A DNA stretch of 64,000 nucleotides, taken from assembly GCA_951406725.2 (NCBI GenBank), contig OX597816.1, forward strand, positions 55,676,001 through 55,740,000, read 5' to 3'. The notes below the pieces were generated by a model. That model was not told the origin of the DNA and did not search any database. It was given only the letters and a program-made list of their open reading frames with translations. The position numbers were made by a program, and so were the translations under genes. This document shows positions 55,000 through 64,000 of this stretch, in pieces; the stretch's first letter is position 1, and each line of letters opens with the position of its first letter. This stretch comes from Octopus vulgaris. Its lineage: Eukaryota.

Positions 55000-55330
55000 G
55001 TGTATGTAAGGAACATATCCACGAAGTCGAAACAAAAATCAAAATTTAGACAAAGAATTCCTCTTTAAAAGTTCAAGAAACTATGAAACTTAGAAGCTTA
55101 AATTTCAATGATATGTACCGCACCAACCGAAGCAAACCAATATCCGCAACAAAAAATCAGATTCTGTAACAGCAACGGAATACTGACGGAGAGAGTTCGA
55201 AACAGCAATGACCAGACAGAAATATTTATTAGCAATATTAAATTGCAGAAAATTTTACTAAAGTTGGGATTTAAATACGACAATAGCCATTATGGAAAAA
55301 AACAGTAAAGAAATATAATCGATAGATCTG
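55000..55330 (+). mobile_element. Possible LINE APE endonuclease remnant
   Basis: APTEAN resembles the YAPT motif, with a GDLN-like segment downstream; very degraded. Confidence 0.35.
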
Positions 55331-55979
55331 TCCACTGATCAACGAAAATATGACTCAAAGATAAAACCTAACGATAATAATGCAACAAAACAAATCGTAC
55401 ACTAGGTTACCGTAGACTTATCAGAATAAAATGTAATCAAGATTAGTATTAAGATAAATGAACTAATATATTCATAATTAAAACTATTTTTGTGCCATCA
55501 GAGATATACGGGAAGCAGAGCGAAAATAGATCCGCAGACGGATTAAGTAACCTGTACAGGGAATTATAACTACAACAGAATTCTAAACAAACAAAACAAG
55601 TAATCGGAAACGAAAAGAATCAGGTTATATGAATCGCTTATTCAAGAAGATATAATTGTCGCCGTGGCTTTCGGAGACACGCAGATAAAATATGGCAAGT
55701 GAGAGTATTGTAGATGACTTTAGAGACATGAACATCTCACTAAACAGCACATTGCGAGAAGTGAACATTGGATAAAATGTTTGGTAAAGCGTGGGAAGCG
55801 GAAATAAGGGGTTTTGGATATAACTAAATGTGTATGATTTAGGTGTGTAAATAGTTAAAAAGATTGAAAATACAAGAAGGGAGCATTACTTATTAAGCAT
55901 TAATTAAAAAAGGATTAGTCGAGCCTTATGAGTTGGTGTGAGGAGTTATAATGTGCTTTCCAGAAGATTAGTTACATTT

Positions 55980-56290
55980 TCAGGAGAGATATTTATTCAT
56001 TTCAAAAGTATACGAAACAGTACTGTGCTTCAAGTTAGACTCTGAGACTTCAATGTCCTTTCTGTAGCATTCAAGCCATTTTGTGAATGCTCCACGGACG
56101 TCATCCGAAGTGATGGCGATCAGGAATCTTGTTATGATCTTCTGATCGTCTTGAAAATGCACGCTCCTTAGTTTCCACTTCAGTTTGAAGAACCACAAAA
56201 AGTCCCAGGGGTCATGGTCAGCACTACAGGAAAGTTGAGAAACAGCTTTGATGCACATCACTGCTAAGTCGTTGGTCATCAGTATGGAAT
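55980..56290 (-). mobile_element. Mariner transposase C-terminal fragment
   Basis: DPWDFLWFFKLKWKLRSVHFQD...FTKWLECYRKDI resembles APCDFWLFPKLK...F..W..R..KC. Confidence 0.65.
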
Positions 56291-57629
56291 GGTGAGGAGC
56301 AGTCTTTAGTCGGCTGCTACCAGCAGTTTAGAGAAGCAGTGTTTAGGTTGGCTGCCTCAAGCAGGTTAGTAAGGTGTGTCCAAAGTGATGTTACAGCCGC
56401 CGCTTTCAATCCGGAATAAAACGGTTGGCAGGTCAGCTTGTTAGAAGTATAGTCATGATATAGTAATCTTTCAATACTCTAGGGCAGTCATAACTACTCA
56501 CCTAAGATGTATCAAAACTTCTAGAATGCTGCTTGTAACTAAGTCCAGAGAGAGTGTGAGTGCTTTAATTAGGGGATTGCTGTAAACAATACGGAGCACA
56601 GAAAGGAAGAGAATGGCGAGGTAAAGAAAGGAGACGGCTACAGCTAAATCAATGAGCAGTTGGTGTTATCTGATGCTGTTTAGGTATTTGGTATGTGGAG
56701 CAAACCTGTAAAGTTAAACTGAAATCTAAATTTAAAATTCAATTACAAACTAACTTACAAAATAAGCCAACGGCTACTTTTCATAATTAAATGTATCTAA
56801 AATAGGAGAAAAAACCATTAATGTTATTATATAAATGATTAATTATTATTATATAGGAAAGACACTTGTTTATATAAAATTTGAAAAGCAAAACTAATTT
56901 AACTATACCTAAAGTCATAAAAAAATTTAGTGGAGCATAGTTCAGTGAACCCAGTTCTGTTAGCATAAAAAAGTTGTAAAGAATCTCTTTTTTAATTCCT
57001 AGACAACATATAATACATAATTCACACACCAATGACTTTTAAATACCTATAACAATCCTAAGAAGACAATTAATAATGAACGGCACGCAATACGTATCCA
57101 GGGAAATGATTTAATAGAGAAAGAATCTTCTCTATGTATGTATATCCACCTGTATAATTTACCATGCAAATTGTATGCCTGGAATCAAAAGTGATGATAA
57201 ACGAATAGATCTCATTCGGAACCACCTATACAGTATTTCAACAAGCTATCTGGTGTGGTAGTTGATTATCGATGCAATTAATATTTACTAATTATTGGTT
57301 GTGGATAATTATCAATTACGGGTACGATCATAATGAAATAATTGAAATACCCAGAATGTTTCCTCTGGCAACCCATTTAACATTTATATGCACATATACA
57401 TACAGACATATGCGCGCGCGCACATTGAAGATATTCTTGACTTACGGTTTTGGTGTTGAAAATGCTAGCTCTTGCTTTAAATGTGGTATCGAATAAAATC
57501 CCGTGAGATTACATACAAAAATAAAGAGTTAAATTAAAGTCTAAAATAAGGCAAGTTTGCTTCGATGTTTTAATTATGTGTAATTATCTCCCCTTATTAA
57601 TACTCTTCATTTAATGAGTTTTCTCTTTT

Positions 57630-58029
57630 TCTCTTTTTACTTGTTTCAGTCAGTTTGACTGCGGCCATGCTGGAGCACCGCCTTTAATCGAGCAACTCGA
57701 CCCCAGGACTTATTCTTTGTAAGCCCAGTACTTATTCTATCGGTCTCTTTTGCCGAACCGCTAAGTAACGGGGAGATAAACACACCAGCATCGGTTGTCA
57801 AGCAATGCTAGGGGGACAAACACAGACAAACAAACATACACGCACATACATAAATATACATATATACGACGGACTTCTTTCAGTTTCCGTTACCAAATCC
57901 ACTCACAAGGCTTTGGTCAGCCCGAGGCTATAGTAGAAGACACTTGCCCAAGATGCCACGCAGTGGGACTGAACCCGGAACCATGTGGTTGGTAAACAAG
58001 CTACTTACCACACAGCCACTCCTGCACCT
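57630..58029 (-). mobile_element. SINE family A, best-preserved copy
   Basis: Complete head (TGGCTGTGTGG; GGTTCAGTCCC), CTTGGGCAAGTGTCTT and tail GGCCGCAGTCAAACTGACTGAAACAAGTAAAA. Confidence 0.9.
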
Positions 58030-59399
58030 AGCTTCATTAAAAAAATGTAGGAATAAACAAAACTTCCAGTTACCATGACAATTTCAGTTTACCACATGTT
58101 CAATGGAGAAGTTTTAGCGTCATTATGTTGGAATCAGTGGAAGTTTTCAAAGAATTATTCTGTATATAGTTATTTCCTATATCTTAAACAACGCAAGCAA
58201 GAAATAAATAATAATAAAAATTCTACCAGGAGAAACACTTTATGGATTTAAATGAAACTGTATGGCACATGGATTATTTGATTCTTCCGTTTATATAAGT
58301 TTTGAAGAGAACGAGCTTGACAGTAAGAAATGGTAATAAATGTCGAATAAATGTCCAATGGTAATAAATGTCAAATATTGTTTTGTGACTCCCGCTACCG
58401 ATCAAATGGAAAAACTCTAAGTGATATGGATAAAAAAAAATGATTCGGTGGTGACTCATTGAATAGATCTTAATTGTGAAAAAGCTAAGTGTCTTTAAGA
58501 ACAGATTTAGAGAGATACTCTTAATAACAGCGACAAAAGACAATGAAGTTTAAAGTTTAAAATGTTGATCCGTATTATACGCAAAAATTTCTGATGTTTA
58601 GGGTGTTTTGAGATAAGGCAAAACTGTCAGCTCAGACTCGCAGCAGAAACGCGATGAGTTGAATTTTATAAAGTTGTGAAGGAGAGTGAGATATTTCCTT
58701 GTGAATTTTGACTGTGTTGATACAAATCGTTTTTATTTTTCAAATGCCTAGGAGAACCTACATCACACTGGAGGAAACTTCGCCATAATCCAATGAAATA
58801 TACGCTAATGTCATCGTTCTACACTAAGAAGCTACACTTAGAGTTTTATTCAGAACAATCTAGATACTTGACGAACATTAACATGAATATACTTTGTTTT
58901 CAGTGGGTTCTCATGCCAAGATTCTCGTTTACGAGTCTTTCAATGAAGCCGCTTCTTGTAAATAATGCTCCTATATATAAATAGTACCTCGTTCGATTAG
59001 GGTACTGCAGAGTCGAAAATTTTTTGATTCGAGGATAAGTTCGAGATCCACTAGCTGTCACCCTTCACAAGTTTTTACAACTCGATAGGATGTGTCAGGA
59101 GACTGTGCTGGTGTAGTATATCAACACAGACTCGTTTGGTGTACAGTAAGACATGCACGTACCGGAGCCGAGATCTAGAGGAGTGGTCTGACAACTGAAC
59201 CAGTTTAAGGGAGAGAACTCGTCCTCGCCGACCCCCATGCTTTATTCTTTAATTTACTCTTTGTTCACTAATTAACTGACCGTAACGGATTTCTACCTTC
59301 AGTGTGAAAAGGTATATTCCCTTCGCCATTAGGGTCTGTCGAGTCGTCCATAAAGTGCTTAGCTTTACGGATGCGAAACCACAGGTCATTCTATGACCG

Positions 59400-59593
59400 G
59401 ATATATACATATCTGTGTTTGTCTCCCTACCATTGCTTGACAACCGCTGGTGTCTTTACGGCCCCGTCCCCGTAAATTAGCGGTTCGGCAAAAGGTACCA
59501 ATAAAATAAGTACTAAACTTACTGAGAATAAGTACTGAAGTCAATTTGTTCGACTAGTATGGCCGCAGTCAAACGACTGAAACCAGTAAAAGA
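59400..59593 (+). mobile_element. SINE family A, 3' half
   Basis: TTAGCGGTTCGGCAAAA...ATGGCCGCAGTCAAACGACTGAAAC. Confidence 0.8.
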
Positions 59594-59619
59594 GTATATA
59601 TATACATATATATATTGTT

Positions 59620-59815
59620 GTGACTCCCTTCGGTCATGAATGACCATAGGATTATACCTAGAAGATTACCCTCCGAGGCACAAGTTTAGGCAAGGTTGTT
59701 TATGGAAGACCAGCAGTCGCCCACGCACACCATCCTCCCCTCTCCACGGCACTGATGTTATCCAAGGGAAAGGCAAAGGCCGATACAGCTTGGCACTAGT
59801 GACGTCGCAGTTCAT
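59620..59815 (-). mobile_element. SINE family D, 3' half
   Basis: Matches 41318-41500. Confidence 0.82.
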
Positions 59816-59819
59816 TTAT

Positions 59820-60093
59820 TAACGTGCAAGTGGCTGAGCTCTCCACAGACACGTGTACACTTAACGTAGTTCTCGGGGAGATTCAGCGTGACACAGTGTG
59901 TGACAAGAAAAAAAGAGTGAGAGAAAGTTGTGGTGAAAGAGTACAGCAGGGTTCACCACCATCCCCTGCCGGAGTCTCGTGGACCTTCAGGAGCTTTCGC
60001 TTAATAAACACTCAAAATGCCCGATCTGGGAATCGAAACCGCGATCCTACGACCGCCAGTCCGCTGCCCTAACCACTGGGCCATTGCGCCTCC
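59820..60093 (-). mobile_element. SINE family C
   Basis: Reverse complement of 63566-63825. Confidence 0.85.
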
Positions 60094-60128
60094 ACACACA
60101 CACCTATATATATATATTTATATTTATA

Positions 60129-61366
60129 TTGGGTTGTCAACTGAGTTCCTATCTGATTGTTTTTTAATCTAATTTTTTTTTAAAGTTTTAATAAAAAATA
60201 ACAACTAATTAGTCAGTAATGTATTCACCCTTGTTGTTTACAATTCTTCCCAACGTTCAATAAGATTTTCAATACCTCGTTGGTAGAAATCATCCTATTT
60301 CGACTCGAAAAATTGATCCAACCAAGCTCTCAATTCTGCATCAGTACTGAACGAAACTCTGCGCATAGCATTTGAAAGAGATCGAAAGAGGTGGAAATCC
60401 GTTGGTGCCAAATCAGATTATGGCGGGTGTGGCAGCACTTCCCAGCCATGCGTTTGAATGACTTTCTTGGTCATATTGGCGATACGAGGGCGGGCGTTGT
60501 CGTACAGCAGAACTCCATGCTTCCGGTTAGGTCTTTTCTCTTGAATAGCCGTGTGAGTCGTTCCATCTGCTGAACATAGAGATCCGCGTTGACCGTTTGG
60601 TTCCGTTCAAGCAATTTGTAATGGATAATCCCTTCCCAGTCCCACCATGCGCACAACATTGTTTTACGCGGATGAAGATCTTGTTTCGCGCGCGGTGCCG
60701 CTTATTTACCGGGGCCAAGCCATTCCTTACGCTGCTTCATATTGATATACATGCACCATTTTTCGTAGCAAGTAACGACTCTGTAAAGAATCGTTGCTTG
60801 TGTCCATGAGTTGAGCAGTGACGAGCAAGCAAACCAGCAGAGATTGTGACTCGTCGATTTTTGTTGTTGTCACTTAAAGCATGCGGAACCCATGCTCCAT
60901 ACTTCTGAACCTTCCCCATCGAGTGAAGAAGCTTCTCTATAGCAGTGTTGGAGCATTCCATTTTCTCTGCCAGTTCCCTTGTCGTTAGACGAGAATTTTC
61001 GTGCAAAATTTGGTTTAATCGCTCTTCATCGGACTCAAGTGGACGGCAGAACGAGGTGCGTCCTTGAGGTCGAGATTTCCATATTTGAACTTCCAATCAC
61101 GAGCGTTTCTTTTTTACTATGGCAGCTTCCCCATACACAGTACAAAAGTCATGAGCAGCTTTTACGGCCATAGAACCTTGATTAAAAGCAAAAAGGAGGT
61201 GTCGAAAATGTTCGTTTTTCTTAATTTGATATTCCATTTTAATGATCTGAAAATAGGCAAAAATTAACTAAATTAACTAGAAAAAAAAGATTCCAAAATG
61301 ATTCAAAAATAAAATTCTCGAAAAAAATAGATTCCAAAATTTTAAAAAACTTAGTTGCCAACCCAA
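60129..61366 (-). mobile_element. Decayed mariner transposon, same family as 17299-18492, both TIRs present
   Basis: TIRs TTGGGTTGTCAACTGAGT and ACTTAGTTGCCAACCCAA; frameshifted transposase from ATG 61237 with WVPHAL and YDNARPR. Confidence 0.95.
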
Positions 61367-63116
61367 AATATATATGGATATATATATATATAATCCAAAA
61401 ACAAAAACGGAGAATAAACAAGAAAAAACAACAACACGAGCACGTGGTACATGCACATATCTATGTATATATAATTTCGGCCGAGGGAATGAGTAAATAA
61501 TTAAAATTTATTTGTGTGGTTCTTCATCATTTGTGAGAAATTATCTGAAATTTGATGTCTACGATCACGAGTTATGAGAAATTCTTAACAAGTAGTATAA
61601 GTGATTTCTCGTACAGCCTGTCGTTTACCGCTTATAATATTTAAGTGACACTCAGGTATCATCGCCAGACAAGCTTCCCTAAATATACAGAAATATTTCT
61701 TAATATTTGTGAGAAGTAACAAATTAATGAAGGCCGGTAACTTCAACGAAATCACAAGGAAGCATAACAATATGGAATACTCTGGACGACTTCTTATCTT
61801 AGAAACGGACTTGTCTTAATGTATCATCCTTTCTCATGCTTGCAAACTCATGCCTATATCGATATCAGGTATACTGTGTAATTGATAACGAGAGTAATGA
61901 AATTGAATAACCGAATAGGAGTAGACGTACACATCTCTCTTATATCAAATTATTCTTTTGCTCTTTTTCTCACTTTAATTTATTATTAATTACTCTTTCT
62001 TTCCTTTTAAACTCATTAACAAGAAGTTTTGTCAAGTGCTGCGTATTCCTCCTGAACGAAGATTAATTATTAATTTTGCATGATGAGTATATCACATCAT
62101 ATCAATTCGATGAATTGACACAGCGATATTTAGATGTTGAAGATATTTGTTTGGTATGCACATGTGAATGTAACCACTACTAGAGAATTTTTAAATATTT
62201 ATTCATTGTTTTTATTTTTAATATTACATGACCCTTTACTCCATGAGCCTTAATATAAAAGCTGTTGTTTACGAATAGGAAGTCAGAGAGTTGAGCAGAT
62301 GAATGTACATCGTTGAGAATGATAGAGAACTTCTAGTACGGACATAACGCACATTTGCAGCAGCTCAAGATATAATTTGTGTTTCTCCCCTTGAACGGTT
62401 CCAAATTGAGAAACAAAAAAAAAAAATTAAAAACAACAACATTATATATTGAAAAGTGTGTGCAAATGAAAGATGTGTCTGTTCTTTTATAGTTTAGTCC
62501 TGAAATTACAAAAGCTCAAAGGAATATTATAGTAATATACAAACAAAAATATTAATAAAAATCAGAAATAGAGACTATATTTCAACTGTTAAATGGTGAA
62601 CTGCAAAAACAAAATATTGTGTATTCAATGTATGAAAAAGTGGTTGTTATTATCGCCAATTCTGCACTCAATGTTACACACTGTATAAGAACGTGATGGT
62701 AAAAAGACGGGAAAAAGTCAAAGAAGTTAATTCCCAGGAGTAGATATACGCAGAACTTGTTTAGACCATTAGTAAAATTATGAAAGTATAAACAAGAACA
62801 TTTTATGAAGCTGAATTCTTAAATTTCTTTTCAGTATAATTCACGAGGAAAGTGTAATGTTGCACTATGAATATTTACGGTGAAATCATTTCACCAGATC
62901 GATAAAAGTCAGGGATCTTTTATATAAATGTTTATCTCATATGGTAGTTAGGTAAACAATTTATTGGGAATTCAGTTCTTCGCTGGCCAATGTTCCATTA
63001 TAAAAGAAATATCTAATCAGATTTTTAATGTTTATTTATTTTATTATGAATAGTAACGTTGATTAGAAATGTTGAGGTTTCTTTGAAACCGGTTCGGTTT
63101 CCACTGCTTTACTTAG

Positions 63117-63200
63117 GCCAGTGCAACTAAGACCTTCGCCAGTGCAACTGAGACCTTCGCCAGTGCAACTAAGACCTTCGCCAGTGCAACTGAGACCTTG
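63117..63200. repeat. 21-bp minisatellite, 4 units
   Basis: GCCAGTGCAACT(A/G)AGACCTTC with A/G alternating, i.e. a 42-bp dimer duplicated. Confidence 0.95.
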
Positions 63201-63490
63201 ATTCTATCGTTACAAATATTGTTACTGTATGTAGAACTATTCTATCTCAGTAGAATGGAAAAAGATTTACCATTTTCTTCTCAGTGTTATCAAAGAACAC
63301 GAAATAAGATTCCAAATATGGCATTGGCAAGGGTTAACGAAAGCAACCTGATACATTAATCAATTACTTCCTTACTTATCTTGTTTCTATTAATACACCT
63401 CTCCGGTCTTAAATACGGCCGGAATATGATGATAACTGTTGACAGCTCATATGATAACTATGATAACAAACTAAAACTGTCGATCTGATG

Positions 63491-63546
<56 letters not shown>

Positions 63547-63565
63547 TGTGTGTGTGTGTGTGTGT

Positions 63566-63896
63566 GGAGGCGCAATGGCCCAGTGGTTAGTGGACTCGCG
63601 GTTTCGATCCCAGACCGGGCGTTGTGAGTATTTATTGAGCAAAAACACCTATAGCTCTTCAAGGGTCCGGCGGTGTGGGGTGGCGAACCCAACAGTAATC
63701 TTTCACCACAATTTTCTCTCACTCTTTCTTCGTGTTTCTTAAGGGCCAGCCTTATCACGCTGAATCTCTCCGAGAACTATGTTAATGGTACACGCGTCTG
63801 TGGAGTGCTCAGCCACTTGCACGTTAATTTCCTGAGCAGGCTATTCCGTTGATCGGATCAACTTGAATCCCCGTCGTCATAACCGACGGAGTGCCA

Positions 63897-63898
<2 letters not shown>
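63566..63898 (+). mobile_element. SINE family C
   Basis: GGAGGCGCAATGGCCCAGTGGTTAG...GGTTTCGATCCCAG; between (TG)n and (AT)n. Confidence 0.85.
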
Positions 63899-63940
<42 letters not shown>

Positions 63941-64000
63941 GTCTGGGGAGAGTCATTCCCTCTTAGTTCCTTATTATTTAACACGCTCACATATGTGTGG

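Noticed and set aside
57950-58029. Functional tRNA genes at SINE heads
   Set aside because: A/B boxes run directly into SINE bodies and lack complete cloverleaves.
63117-63200. CRISPR-like repeat
   Set aside because: Contiguous tandem units with no spacers, in a eukaryotic context.

Overview
AT-rich, repeat-dense eukaryotic non-coding DNA. The microsatellite load and the SINE/LINE types suggest a cephalopod, probably Octopus (inference). I found no intact host gene; most ORFs in the track are microsatellite translations or transposon debris. Identifiable content: two decayed mariner (DD34D) elements in opposite orientation, other Tc1/mariner fragments, a decayed CR1/L2-type LINE, several R4/Dong-type and RTE LINE fragments, a Penelope-like (PLE) GIY-YIG remnant, and about 20 tRNA-derived SINE copies in four families. 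The most notable signal is a recurrent set of short fold-back or partial-tandem insertions next to simple repeats. They carry minimal hammerhead ribozyme motifs from several sequence families, three of them near-canonical (40863-40916 +, 50436-50478 -, 53025-53068 -). This points to a PLE-mobilised, retrozyme-like system in which some inversion junctions fall at the hammerhead itself. All alignments and folds were done by eye, so boundaries are approximate.
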